64,000 nucleotides of DNA from an uncultured virus (IMG/VR IMGVR_UViG_3300030099_001885) (IMGVR_UViG_3300030099_001885:1-64000), one strand, 5' to 3'. Shown: positions 13,301-21,499, counted from the stretch's first letter. Program-made: numbers and translations. The notes: generated by a model from the sequence alone, not told the origin.

Positions 13301-16300
13301 ACACAACTGAATTAACTCCAGCTGGTAACATGGGTATTGTTACTAAGAAAATTCTTCAAGATAAAGATGGAAATGATCGACCAGTTGGACAAATCTTAGC
13401 TGCTCTCTCTAATGATTTAAATAACTTACAATCTATGGGGGCTTTTGCAATAGTACCCGGTGTTGCTTTCCATGAAAGAACTAGAGGTAGATTTGATATC
13501 AGCGAAAACAGAGATCAACCTAGAGTGGTTCATGCTCACGATGTGGCTCATATTTTAACAACCGTTTATGATTTTAAAATTACAAGAGACTATTTGTTAA
13601 ACAATGAAGACTATACTCAAACATTAATTGAGCGTAAAGGTTTAGACATGACTGTTAAAGAGTTTGTTGAAAACTTAACTGTAACTGGCATGGAATTAGA
13701 TCTTGTAGAAATTGCTGATTTATTAGATAGAATTGAAGCAGCTAATCCTACCTTAGCTGAGACTGTTGTCTTCTCTAATGTTGGCGAAGCCTTTATGGGT
13801 AAAGTTAGTGAGACAGAAACTGCAGCTGCATTAAATAATGATACGCGTCGTAGCGTTGCTCAAGGTATTGGTAAAGTACAAGAAGAACAAAAAGTTATTG
13901 GTACTACAGCTAGATTTAGATTAACCTTGGGTCAAGCCAAAGAAGCATTGTTAGCTCTTCGTAATGCTCCCGTCTTAGATATTGTTTCAGATGTTAAGTA
14001 TACTGGTATTAGCGGCATCAACCGACCACGATCTAGATCCTCTCGTCTTGAGGTTGATCATGTTACGGGTCAACGTGTAACAGATATTCGGTTACGCGAT
14101 GAGCTTCATGCAGAAGCATTGCAAGCTATTGTAGATCGTAATTATATTAGAACTACTAACCGATCTGATCTGCCTAGCAGCACTAAAATTCGTACAGTTA
14201 TTGGTGGTCGTGATAGATCTATGTTAAGTAGACTTGAGCGAAGAAATAGAAGACTTCCTAAGTTAACTAAACTTGGTAAGCGGCAAGAGCAAGCTATTTA
14301 TTTAGATTATACTAATGTGTCCGGTACAACATCTAGAGGTAGAACTCTTTATGATACTGGATTAAATGCAGTAATTGCAGCATATCAAAAGAATAATATT
14401 GATCTTTCTAGTCCTCTAAGAAAAGAAATTGTTTCTCTTACAACTAATCCAAAATTAAACAAGACTAAAGCACAAAGAAAAACTGTTCTGGGTTATTTAC
14501 TTCAACACTTTGAACCTACTGGTATTCGTGTTCCCGGGCATACAGATGTTGAAATTGCTGTAGCTTTGGCCTACATTAATCTTGGCTATGGTGATAACTT
14601 TGCTGATGGCACCTATGCAACTTTGCAAGAAGAATTAAAAACTACTAAGGTTCAGAATACTGCCAAGTTAATGCAAGAGCTTATGACGTTAAACCATACT
14701 GTTATTAGCGGTGAAGCTAATCCATTCTTCTATGATGCTAGAGGATTTGTTGCCAACTTAAATGTTAGCAAGGTAGATTTAGATACTGATGTAGAATTGT
14801 TTGATGTCTTCCAACAGTATCTTAAAGAACAAGTTGGTGATGAGTTTGATATTACTAATAAGAATGATGTTGATACAGCACGCAAAGCTTTAGAAGAAGC
14901 TTTGGTATCTACGGATCAACATATGAATAGCTATGAATTTACTGATAAAACTGTGTTGCAAATTCAAACACCAGAAGAAGTATCTCTTGGTTTTGATCTT
15001 AACCCAACCACTGCATTATTAAAAGAAACATTAAATAATGCTGTAGAAAATGGTCACATGGCTGCATCTACTAGAGATATTGTTGCAACTGTAATTGGTA
15101 GAATGGCTGCATTAAATCCTGATTTATTAAATGATCTTAGATTTAATATTGGTAGAGATGCAGAAGGTAATGTAATTGAAGAAAGCCGTGCCATGACAAT
15201 TCCAGAAGACGATGGCTATCTGGTTGAACTTAGTGGTAGAGATGCTAAGAAGGCACCACTGGAAGCTGCTAAGATTTTAATTCACGAGATTATTCACATT
15301 GGTACTTTTAAGTATTATGATCTTGATAGCTCATCGCAAGAGTTGCGAGATATCAAAGGTTTAATGGGTCAACAAAGTGTTAGCCGTTTAACTTATCGTC
15401 TTACTAAAGCTATGCATGGTAGGTTAAGTGATGGCGAAGCACTTGCACGACATAGACACTACAACAATAACCCAGAAGAGTTTATTGCCGAAACTGCAGC
15501 AATGTACTTTATGTCTGAAGCTGCTGAAGATATTGATTTAATTCTTAAAGAAGAAGCAGAGAAGGCAGAAGCTACCGATGTAGAAACTACTGAGAAGCGT
15601 ACTTTTATTGAGAAGTTTACTGCTGCATTTACTCGTATGCTGCAAAATGCAAGAGTACAAATTAATCAAATGGCTGCAATCTTAAAACAATACTCACAAC
15701 GAGAGGAGTACAAACAATCATTTGATACCATGCAAAAGCTTGCTTATCGTGCTGCCGGTATTGTTGTTGCCGATGGTAGACAAGATGCTACAGTTGTTCG
15801 TAAGCCAAACCTGCAGAGCTACATGAGGCATCATGAAGAATCAGAAATACCAACAACAGAATCTATATCTGATATACAGTTTACAAACATGCAAATTAAA
15901 CATGCACAACTAGAAGCTAAGTTAAATGCAGCTACTACAGATGATAGATTATCACCAGAAGATTTTGGGGGAGAGATTCCTACTACATTATCTGAGGCTG
16001 AGATATCTGAAATTATTGATCAACTAGCTGATCTTGAAGCTCAAATTCAAAAGCATGATGTTGTTGATGACTTTGAAGTTAAGAGAAGTGCAAGACTGTT
16101 AGCTGAACAAAGATTAATTGAAGCTGCAGAGGTTGATGATAAGGGTGTATCTAAAGCCAATATTAAAGATATGTTAAGAGAAACACCAGCACTTGCTATG
16201 TCTATTATGATGAATAATCTTAGGATTAACAAAGGTGCTATTCATAGAACTTTCATAGAACGTAGAGCTCAATCAGCAAGCGGTCGTGCAGCATTAGCAA

Positions 16301-19300
16301 TTGCTAGTGATCATGCACAAACTAATAATACTATTGATTCTATTTTTGATATGGTTGTAAGGTTGTCATTGGTTATTGATAGTCAAGCTTTGATAACAGA
16401 ACACATGGTTAGTGGCGAAGGGTCACATGACTTATTGCGAGCTAAGCAACAAGTTGATAATGATATGGCATTCTTGCGTAGTCAATTAAGAACTCTTAAG
16501 CCACAAGATCATCCTACTGTTATGGAGTATCTTGCTGATGAAACACTTGAAGTTAGAGAAGGCGAAGAAGCTATTAAACGAGTTGCGGATCTTACCCGTA
16601 GCTCAATGAGTGGCATTATTCAACTAGCTAAAGATACAGGCATCTTGTTTGAAAACTTAGAATACAATCCTACTCCTATGAAAATTAATGAAACTAAGTT
16701 GGCACAAAATGAAGCAGGTGCTCTTACTCATCTTTCTGAATTAATTGGTAAGAAAGTAGTTGGCGAATTAAGTCGAGATAATATTGATCCATTGACTTTA
16801 ATGAACTCAGGTATTCTTCCGCCGTTGTTAATTACGGATAGATCTGCTAATGTAGACAAGCTGCACATTAATGATCAAGATAGATTTATTGAACATATTG
16901 TAGAACTGGCTAAAACAGATGAAGGCATTGCAGCAATTCGAGATATTATGCATGCCGACTTTATGCCTGTAGGTACTCGTAAGCAATTAGCTGATTTAGA
17001 TCCTAGCGAGATTGCAAACTATAATCCAGATTTATTAACTAATGAGTGGAGTAAAAATGATTTGCTTTCACTGCAATATGGATTGCGTAACCTGTACAAA
17101 AAGGGTTTCCAACGTCAAGGTATGAAGAGAAACGTAGATGGCATTCTTGCTTTAGTTAAGTCTAGATCTGATGAGTATCGAGGTGCGGTTACTAAAGCAT
17201 TTGATTCTATGGATATTGAAATCTTTAGAGCAAATAGAGATTTCCATCTTAATTTAACTAAACCTTCTCTTGATCACGGTGAAGCAACTATGCGAGAAGA
17301 GTTCCAGAATGCTAATACTCCTGCATTGTTTAGAGCTAGAATGTTCTTGGGTGAAACACAAACAGGTGCTAGATTCTTAGCTAAAGATAAAAACTTTGAC
17401 CCATCTCCTGCAGAGTTGATGGCAAAATCTAGAGGCGATGTGGCTGGAGATATTGACAATCCCTTGTATGGTATCTTTGTTGTAGATCCCAATACTTTGT
17501 TTGATGCTGTTTCAGTAGGTCTTGGATTTGATGCAGTGGCTTCTGAAGCATTAGGCAACGCTCTTGGTGGTGATAATTATAAAATTACCGGAATTAGATT
17601 TGATGATATTCTTACTGCGTTAATGGCAGAAGGTTCTGATCAGATTGTTAAAAACTTTAAGGGCATTGATGGATTAAGTTCTACTCTTAAGGGTCGTAAG
17701 AATATGAGTACATTGCGTACTGATTTAGAAGTTTTGCAAAATAAATATAACGCACTTGCTGGTCGACGTATGAGAATTGATCCTACTCAAGCTGGTGGCA
17801 TTACAAATAAATTAGCTGCTGTTGGTGGTGACTTAGTTCTTGCTATGTATGGTGGTAACTTAACCATGGCTACTTCTATTGTAGAAGGAACGTTAGCTGG
17901 TCTTCAAATGATGGGTCGAGGTGATATGCTTTTGGGTCCTGCTAGATTAATGACTTCTATTATTAAGAGTGCCTTGCAAGGAACAATTAGTGGTGCTGGT
18001 AAGTTTGCTCAAGAGGTAGGATTTAGAGGAGATGTATCTAAAGGTGTTGCTGAGTTTGGAATGCGTAACAGTTTAACAGAGCTAGCATTTGCACACCAGC
18101 ATGCAACTGTGCGTGGCATGGAAGCCTCAGAATCTGAAGGCAGTTTGGTTACTGATTCTACCTTAAATAAAATTGGTAATGTTATTGGCAAGCTTCCTAG
18201 AGCTGCTGCTAAGATGTCTACTAGTGCTTCTGGTGGTGTGCAAAATGCAATTAAATTCCATGTTGAGGGTATGGCAATTAATACATTAGATCGTCTTATT
18301 AAGAGTGGTGCTATCTTTAAATTATCTAATTTCTTATCTGATCCTGCTAATGCCGAGTTATTAGATATTAATTTAGATGATGGTCGATATACAATTCTCC
18401 ATAAAAAGATTAAGAGAATCTTGCGAGAATCTGGAGTACAAGACTTTAATTTCTTGGGTAAACAGGATGTTAAAATTATTATGGCTCTTATGCAATCAGG
18501 TGCTTTTAAACCAGAGTTCTTGGTTTCTCTTAATGAATTATTACAAAAAGCTGGTCTTGGCAAGTATGAATTTGATGGAACTAGAAAGAAGTATGATCCC
18601 GAGTTTAGCCCGTTATCACAAATCGCTAGATTGCAAGAAGTTGCACTGATGGATCCTGATCCCAAGAAGCGTAAAGAATATAATGATACTATCAATGTTA
18701 TTAAAGAATATGTAAATAGAGAGATTGAAGCCCGGTTTGTGGGAGCTAATCCTTTGCATATGGATACTATGAATAGTGGTTTTGGTGTTCTTCTTAAAGT
18801 GTTTAGATCCTACCCCACTCTGTTCTTCAATCAGAGAATTAGACAGGATATGAAATACTATAGTCCTATTCAAAATGCTACGAGGCTTACAGCATTAATG
18901 GCTTTGGATATTGCATATATGGTTGCTCTTGAGTTTATTAAGAGTGGATTTGAAGAAGATCGTCTTGAACAACTTATGGAAGAACTCCAACAGAAAGAAT
19001 CGTTAATGCGTCTGATGGCGAGAACTCCAACCTTTGGTGTTTGGGGTGGCGTGATTGCTAACGGTATTGCTGAAAGTGTAATTCACATTTCTGGTAGAAA
19101 GGGCTATACACAAAACCTTTTGAATCAAGCCTTTATGCCTGTGCCATTTACTAGGGCTCAGAATATTTACAAAGATGTTATGGATCTGGCTAAGTATGGA
19201 TTCTCAGATGATGCAACTGATGCGGCTCGATTTAACCTAGCATTGCTTAATCTGAGCACTGCTTTGCCCGGAACTCAAGAAGCATTTATCAAAGCAGCCG

Positions 19301-19731
19301 CCATGCACTATCTGACCAATGATGAGATGGATGATATCTTATTACAGAAAATGCGAAGAAGAATTCCGGGTGGTGGTGGTGGAGGCACTAGCTTGCCATT
19401 ATATTATCAAAATCCAAATGACCCTCTCAATAATCCGGGGGTTGTAGATTATGCAGCCGCTAGAAACATGTGGCCTGATGATATGCTTCACTTCGATATT
19501 ATGGCAAATCTTGCGCATCAGCCATTGCGGAGCCTGATGGGGCCTGAGATGCCTTCGGCTGAGGAACTAAGGGCAGAGGCCATAGAAAGATCTCAACCCT
19601 CTCAGACGGCGGCTGCGTCCCCGCAACAGCCTGTTAGCAATCCGCCGCTGGCTACGAAGCCTGCTGTGCCTACTCAGGCAGGGTCTACCCCTAGTGCTAG
19701 ATTGGCTCAAGCTTTGGGAAGCACGCCATGA
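4312..19731 (+). CDS. Giant (5139 aa) internal virion protein with an embedded T7/N4-family RNA polymerase-like domain and a zincin-like HExxH domain; candidate virion RNAP
   Basis: Motif A-like YFDGNFNGIHH (10681), QDYYAKVA (about 10873; T7 QDIYGIVA) and motif B RKLFKKPVMVYLYGAG (11089). Also HEIIH (15283) with EEFIAE (15475) and a Pro-rich linker at about 7620-7950. It occupies the last-virion-gene (gp16-like) position. Confidence 0.75.
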   Translation: MIPDPRQDLFDLADQQDIFRQLTRQQSPQPTTTRGEREYADFLEDLEVNANVGSMSFSRAEASRQAALDRRTYGKLKDNVQNAEMLGHDNPKHASELYDFNFKIQTPDAQGNLVIKDSRTLGWADASEASFAMANTEVQRGIVSRNAAGMNINKNLMFGGAREFFENRGLSQKDTPYDQEVKDITVASDGFNMDPRNWRTSFDLFGYMDSPDTNALKWVDPSFNAKEYLNEINALKPEYTSLLMRNGVDIEALKKTTNANQFWMQINKQQVLMSAATSIAMWKEKVPEYQEWAMLTKDFIRDSLINDPDFAGEMVLTGALGILSAGTAVPGLMALSVARKGGRGVKVAKHMLKASRMIKKAAQKANNALPQNWGLTFGHAIRNTQVGKFLSVTSDDFIVDGVRFGKTRKYGSKLAGYTLAEVPAGFIEEGIAGAYNAYTINQLDTTEDRSLFKSFVNEGIQGSLVRAFAINPLLRGFNFGIRYGTSKAGNIALNNIGFLGGEAGWAQSLGGAFMEARRFADLDDVQFLDNEIDTIEVLEALRSMKMRESDLVAELEGTTLEQLVNEHPAMIAISEMLKFDQEGRIIGRDPETGELKIVSLLKEARREVARARVFKSEGIEDPDIDLEIRDTDTDVEKQRKKELNDRIEDDIKNSDVTNDEINLAMLHTFWGKLDADAKSSYEAQQMRNMAYFKVQVRGLAIERMRAAQKEGRKLTIEEAQQEVLRDPDLLTKIDSGGIATELDQLIAKQHPELFDERLVYNEETGEQSVVFVPKSMVVDKDGTVMAGEALTEMLNNIRRNVNFDTQRAAIMNHRKKLGMVKDVRFAIDEALNQRVGEIFGKLQGKISHGKNFERVQNFVRQEYGAAQKGTVITVDGKRGTLKDIDDADIIVLRTQVRGTKTTGELTFKGYNLADGTLGDKVVIVEISAFTIEHAETFRNFLNSLEVIDKLEVEKIQNSVRPVIVRGLNRTLNLDNLSDTELDEVYGIVTLNRDPSLRSPELRETREGFPIVEEPTARQARRQQQQEQIIDALADILVVRAVSQFEGASEVQTSMLARINGLLNLDEGKINSIVSNLRRSQFGRSLLQDVGNVFGIELAPLEGLPVPPTDTDATDRLRDAMGVPRDSAVPPQADRPQPPTEDPDAPPAGPDTPIGPQPFIGPQPRVGKADPTPTPPADIAPTPKPAPPAETAPVTEPDPVTEPTPPAETSTEDNAEELDNALESAATTTTSDSGDQLNQAMEDADTGKIAQEKDTEMTGDLAKAAELRKEANAIQERIAQRNSQLDSSGQRVVNNARTRGDEIRTELKALEQARTDMRAKDDFSPEDGEYVNNMQRTDKLEKELQKLEQGAVKAQLRTTENNKDANEADLKRLQEIQDEMSKLAPDTQFTVTEELWAQVEVLKMKRQKYDKAYRALNKLVDPSKKAMLSQIQSALATAGIYQSKDKIGKDMRDQINRILKNQKKDPLPSYKDNTEVNVKLFNQAFKAYSKGILRIGKQPLTKDELGQASVMAKIGKSKWSDLSDMDSADAIAAYQIDSSTDPLSITDKPFTGIMKESFNPLNRLTGDLEEDEKIAALAIQNNLEFVKTLQNSLINVFNTLNRRFVTAAELASFALGTTTRVGNVNVGAVYAKLNFDVIFPNALRKGDDGKSVQFFSVETLLDELDMHQARLEFAMPTKDGIKGQRNTLRKIEAARALLERDEMVPDPELLIEEVIELAEGDAEVLRTVGKQLFAEGSTAGRYLVGIDRNGQIIYNTDSEVYESNIDQAILTRLESYSTNRIAVRNIIDELIRAEIIPESARQMKILEDDDVLEFREYIREYLLKYPGNESGTLAAWGNGEVSYSFADQVGMGVVDTLAMVREGTEHENIESFNDEFKDGRIVDVDRVREGRDPNKYRGAPLRINMAEPMTAGRLQKLREDHRLMRINQFVLEQDLTPEQVREVFDWADTGSEATEVVTDAAGFIAGERPMPRILVSGPEQTLRERDKVIDDMLLTMSGVDQVLASTIHDAWNTQTNGVQPNGGFIDEGEFRKLSEKLGMTADGLSRVMSNREGAGAGAYGGLASGITSFGTVAFHANRGWEALFPIFRDAAIDSVASWEALNKAIAQDPTIEIKSLQDILSKETYFDGNFNGIHHKMALLFQWTNKQVFDGATREEIRAAIEGEGDAFDQFLAKQMDRINEEFKSSAGQDYYAKVAHDVMFKVLNTAYNGLGEAKTSALKTVESMKERGLLPETINQNNYKDILTVEAIGDESNADLNILRKLFKKPVMVYLYGAGFNKINSQFIDFMQTEFDMSMSEATEIALPLSQVAHGFGMKERQVAMTMLAKEESSLSEIIGGRNQMEAILDAMRKRMDQRGFNSQAVRDINNIIATMTGLDDLDNIQFNHIAFQIQARNAMIEDLIQVRLGYEVGTPEYNAVKKQINSMTKAAQDKQSQALQTRIHKGLDSISGKDPTGERAHFAVTDPAERQEYVNAIEIILTRDRSEWATLIPDFIDKDGNLKSKPSGKTLGKENIASILRLIRTELSQPITKSEAREIQDAAINASGIESGLFKAVKALNQVARKADMQSLEELMDFMGVSLLEPSMRETLSQFYSENETYRGIGSDLYSGRLYATEHTGSHQGPKGAQDKGQSASEPLLSMGVMVKTRPELTREKAEQMFARFILGRSANVKTDSNHIIIQLAKKQGRDDIVALLTPESELTEQQVAERDAQFVKQWLTEYSKLKDIERTFQQKRNAAEAMGHVLDPDGVLAQKIKLSAGLQAATQGTLDMGESAPSESIDQLIDRQIQVGVNYGLFSSRAQVFDTSFRDLGVPELKVSREKRKLGLSAKQRIEDVKQFQDEYTGFDVDDARVIKEEHVNNVLENSYETDPNSLLHEHRERLMQNGLRARVGHRTIQRVSFQLEDSLINFAAENGLINLVKSNDWQTLDYLRQAFIIREKNARLQAEEVQIIMQDVSKPNDVRNREIEARIHYWRRMTDLEIRAINQRFIDNNEARSYTTELTPAGNMGIVTKKILQDKDGNDRPVGQILAALSNDLNNLQSMGAFAIVPGVAFHERTRGRFDISENRDQPRVVHAHDVAHILTTVYDFKITRDYLLNNEDYTQTLIERKGLDMTVKEFVENLTVTGMELDLVEIADLLDRIEAANPTLAETVVFSNVGEAFMGKVSETETAAALNNDTRRSVAQGIGKVQEEQKVIGTTARFRLTLGQAKEALLALRNAPVLDIVSDVKYTGISGINRPRSRSSRLEVDHVTGQRVTDIRLRDELHAEALQAIVDRNYIRTTNRSDLPSSTKIRTVIGGRDRSMLSRLERRNRRLPKLTKLGKRQEQAIYLDYTNVSGTTSRGRTLYDTGLNAVIAAYQKNNIDLSSPLRKEIVSLTTNPKLNKTKAQRKTVLGYLLQHFEPTGIRVPGHTDVEIAVALAYINLGYGDNFADGTYATLQEELKTTKVQNTAKLMQELMTLNHTVISGEANPFFYDARGFVANLNVSKVDLDTDVELFDVFQQYLKEQVGDEFDITNKNDVDTARKALEEALVSTDQHMNSYEFTDKTVLQIQTPEEVSLGFDLNPTTALLKETLNNAVENGHMAASTRDIVATVIGRMAALNPDLLNDLRFNIGRDAEGNVIEESRAMTIPEDDGYLVELSGRDAKKAPLEAAKILIHEIIHIGTFKYYDLDSSSQELRDIKGLMGQQSVSRLTYRLTKAMHGRLSDGEALARHRHYNNNPEEFIAETAAMYFMSEAAEDIDLILKEEAEKAEATDVETTEKRTFIEKFTAAFTRMLQNARVQINQMAAILKQYSQREEYKQSFDTMQKLAYRAAGIVVADGRQDATVVRKPNLQSYMRHHEESEIPTTESISDIQFTNMQIKHAQLEAKLNAATTDDRLSPEDFGGEIPTTLSEAEISEIIDQLADLEAQIQKHDVVDDFEVKRSARLLAEQRLIEAAEVDDKGVSKANIKDMLRETPALAMSIMMNNLRINKGAIHRTFIERRAQSASGRAALAIASDHAQTNNTIDSIFDMVVRLSLVIDSQALITEHMVSGEGSHDLLRAKQQVDNDMAFLRSQLRTLKPQDHPTVMEYLADETLEVREGEEAIKRVADLTRSSMSGIIQLAKDTGILFENLEYNPTPMKINETKLAQNEAGALTHLSELIGKKVVGELSRDNIDPLTLMNSGILPPLLITDRSANVDKLHINDQDRFIEHIVELAKTDEGIAAIRDIMHADFMPVGTRKQLADLDPSEIANYNPDLLTNEWSKNDLLSLQYGLRNLYKKGFQRQGMKRNVDGILALVKSRSDEYRGAVTKAFDSMDIEIFRANRDFHLNLTKPSLDHGEATMREEFQNANTPALFRARMFLGETQTGARFLAKDKNFDPSPAELMAKSRGDVAGDIDNPLYGIFVVDPNTLFDAVSVGLGFDAVASEALGNALGGDNYKITGIRFDDILTALMAEGSDQIVKNFKGIDGLSSTLKGRKNMSTLRTDLEVLQNKYNALAGRRMRIDPTQAGGITNKLAAVGGDLVLAMYGGNLTMATSIVEGTLAGLQMMGRGDMLLGPARLMTSIIKSALQGTISGAGKFAQEVGFRGDVSKGVAEFGMRNSLTELAFAHQHATVRGMEASESEGSLVTDSTLNKIGNVIGKLPRAAAKMSTSASGGVQNAIKFHVEGMAINTLDRLIKSGAIFKLSNFLSDPANAELLDINLDDGRYTILHKKIKRILRESGVQDFNFLGKQDVKIIMALMQSGAFKPEFLVSLNELLQKAGLGKYEFDGTRKKYDPEFSPLSQIARLQEVALMDPDPKKRKEYNDTINVIKEYVNREIEARFVGANPLHMDTMNSGFGVLLKVFRSYPTLFFNQRIRQDMKYYSPIQNATRLTALMALDIAYMVALEFIKSGFEEDRLEQLMEELQQKESLMRLMARTPTFGVWGGVIANGIAESVIHISGRKGYTQNLLNQAFMPVPFTRAQNIYKDVMDLAKYGFSDDATDAARFNLALLNLSTALPGTQEAFIKAAAMHYLTNDEMDDILLQKMRRRIPGGGGGGTSLPLYYQNPNDPLNNPGVVDYAAARNMWPDDMLHFDIMANLAHQPLRSLMGPEMPSAEELRAEAIERSQPSQTAAASPQQPVSNPPLATKPAVPTQAGSTPSARLAQALGSTP

Positions 19732-20177
19732 TATCAGCGTTTCTTAATCCTGAAATGTTATCCCTGCTGACGGGAAGTGTCACAGGGTTTATTTTTAAGA
19801 GTATGGCGGAGAAAAGAAAAAATGATCATGAAAAATTTATGCGAGCTATGCAGGCTCAAGAAGCATCGGATGACTCAGCGAATCAAGCTGCTCAAAGAGT
19901 TAGTGATGCGGGAGGCAAACTGGTTAGGCGTTGTATTGTTATATGTATTCTTTTCGCTACTATCGTTGCTCCTTTTATCATTGCATTCAATGACGGAATA
20001 ACTACAGTAGTGGAGCATACTGAGACAGTGTATGATTGGTGGGATATATTTAAATTATTTCCTGAGGAAAAGACTTTGTTTACTGAGGTAGACGGATTCT
20101 TATTTACTCCTGAGAATAGAAATATTCTAGTAACTATTGTTGGGTTCTACTTTGGACAGGCTGTGAAAAGTCGATAG
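19728..20177 (+). CDS. Small membrane protein, putative holin
   Basis: Three hydrophobic segments and a C-terminal ILVTIVGFYFG. It overlaps the stop of the giant gene (ATGA). Confidence 0.5.
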   Translation: MISAFLNPEMLSLLTGSVTGFIFKSMAEKRKNDHEKFMRAMQAQEASDDSANQAAQRVSDAGGKLVRRCIVICILFATIVAPFIIAFNDGITTVVEHTETVYDWWDIFKLFPEEKTLFTEVDGFLFTPENRNILVTIVGFYFGQAVKSR

Positions 20178-20290
20178 GGGTCACGAATTTGTAAGCGGGC
20201 TTGTAGTACATTGTCTTTGTGGTTGCCCCCGGTACCCCTTGTTGTGACAGTGTTGTGCATACAGCGTTGCGTGTTCTGCTCGTGGCGTTG
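20178..20290. other. Probable genome end / terminal-repeat region (late-to-early junction)
   Basis: Non-coding gap between the last structural gene and the first early-type gene. It contains a CCCCCGGTACCCC run near 20226-20238, and base composition shifts after this point. Confidence 0.4.
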
Positions 20291-20343
20291 TGCTCTATAG
20301 GCATTCTGCAGCCTGCAATGCAGTAACCAAAGGAGGAGCCACC

Positions 20344-20574
20344 ATGCTCCGATATACTTCTAGAGTTCTTATGATTATCTATTGTGTTCTTGCTTTTATT
20401 GCTACGGCAGTAATCGCTGGTGAATATGATGGAGGGCTGGAACGTTGGCAGACAGGAATCTTGATGGGCATCAGCTTTATCATGATGTCGTTTGCTATCA
20501 GCTCTATGCTTGAAACTCTTCAGGATGAGATCAATATCTACCTGAAGGCTAAGCGTGATCGTCAAGAACGATAA
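20344..20574 (+). CDS. Small early membrane protein (2 TM)
   Basis: Strong RBS AGGAGG before ATG 20344 and two hydrophobic stretches. Confidence 0.65.
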   Translation: MLRYTSRVLMIIYCVLAFIATAVIAGEYDGGLERWQTGILMGISFIMMSFAISSMLETLQDEINIYLKAKRDRQER

Positions 20575-20580
20575 CCTGCT

Positions 20581-20850
20581 GGGCTACCTCGAAAGGGGTA
20601 GCTCCGCATTCCCTAGTCACATGACGGTTGCGGCGTGTGGATGGAAACTAGGGTAGCTGCCACTGCGGGAAACTGCAGTGGTAGCAGTCTGCGATGCTTG
20701 TCGCAATATGGTGAAAGGAGATCACAAGCGAATAGCCATGGAGCTGAGGAGCCAAGGCGTATCGCAGGACAATTGATCCGATGAGGATTACCGTCCTCAT
20801 TCGGGCAGTCCTCAAGCTTATAGCTTGGGTACTTTGTGTGGCGTGGTAGT
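20581..20850 (+). ncRNA. Structured non-coding block (candidate ncRNA or processed leader)
   Basis: Consecutive stems with G-T pairs on the + strand: 20581-20604 (GAAA loop), 20611/20653, 20656-20685 (GAAA loop), 20766-20812 and 20811-20829. Confidence 0.45.
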
Positions 20851-20888
20851 GTCCAATACTAACTACTAATTACGAAAGATATAAAATT

Positions 20889-21431
20889 ATGAAGTTTGAC
20901 TTTACTTCTAACAAAGCAGCTAAGGCTGCTCGTGATGCTATGATGACTATCATCAGCATCGTAACCCTCTCGTTCAACACCAAAGATGGCTGGTCAGTCT
21001 TGGCTACCACCATCTTGGGTGGTGGTGCAACTCAGAACAAGAACCTCTTGGGCTTCAAGTTCTCTGCTGCTCAGCTCACCAAGGCTATCAAGGAAGGTCA
21101 CGCCCGTAACAAGCGTATCCAACCAATGGTTTCCTCCGAGCGTACCACTCCCTGCTACGAGTACTCCGTCGTTGATGGCGTGCTCAATGTTGTGCCTGTC
21201 TTCCCAGATGAGATTGTTCCTTTTCACGAAGACGCACTCGACGGCTTCCGAGTGAAGCTTTCTCACCCTCAAGGGACGGATGCCTCCGCCTTGGAGATCG
21301 TCAATGCTCTTCGCAAGTACGACCCCAAGGGTATGGACTACTCCAACCCACCCAAGGGTACTCTTATCTTCTCGTTGCACTGCGTCTACAACGCACGGCA
21401 ACTCAATGCTCTCGCCTCAGTTAATGCGTAA
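20889..21431 (+). CDS. Hypothetical early protein (180 aa)
   Basis: Clean ORF with C-ending codon bias, flanked by structured non-coding DNA. Confidence 0.8.
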   Translation: MKFDFTSNKAAKAARDAMMTIISIVTLSFNTKDGWSVLATTILGGGATQNKNLLGFKFSAAQLTKAIKEGHARNKRIQPMVSSERTTPCYEYSVVDGVLNVVPVFPDEIVPFHEDALDGFRVKLSHPQGTDASALEIVNALRKYDPKGMDYSNPPKGTLIFSLHCVYNARQLNALASVNA

Positions 21432-21460
21432 CAGCTGAGGCAGCTGCCCGCCACACACAG

Positions 21461-21499
21461 CCTCGGTCCTCCTAGCGGGGGACTGAGGTCTTTGCCAAC
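21461..21499 (+). terminator. Hairpin after the 180-aa gene (terminator or processing site)
   Basis: CCTCGGTCCTC / GGGGGACTGAGG stem followed by TCTTTGCCAAC. Confidence 0.45.

Noticed and set aside
20778..20804. Hammerhead ribozyme (CCGATGAG)
   Set aside because: The ATGAGGA segment is paired in its own hairpin, and no GAAA core follows a stem II.
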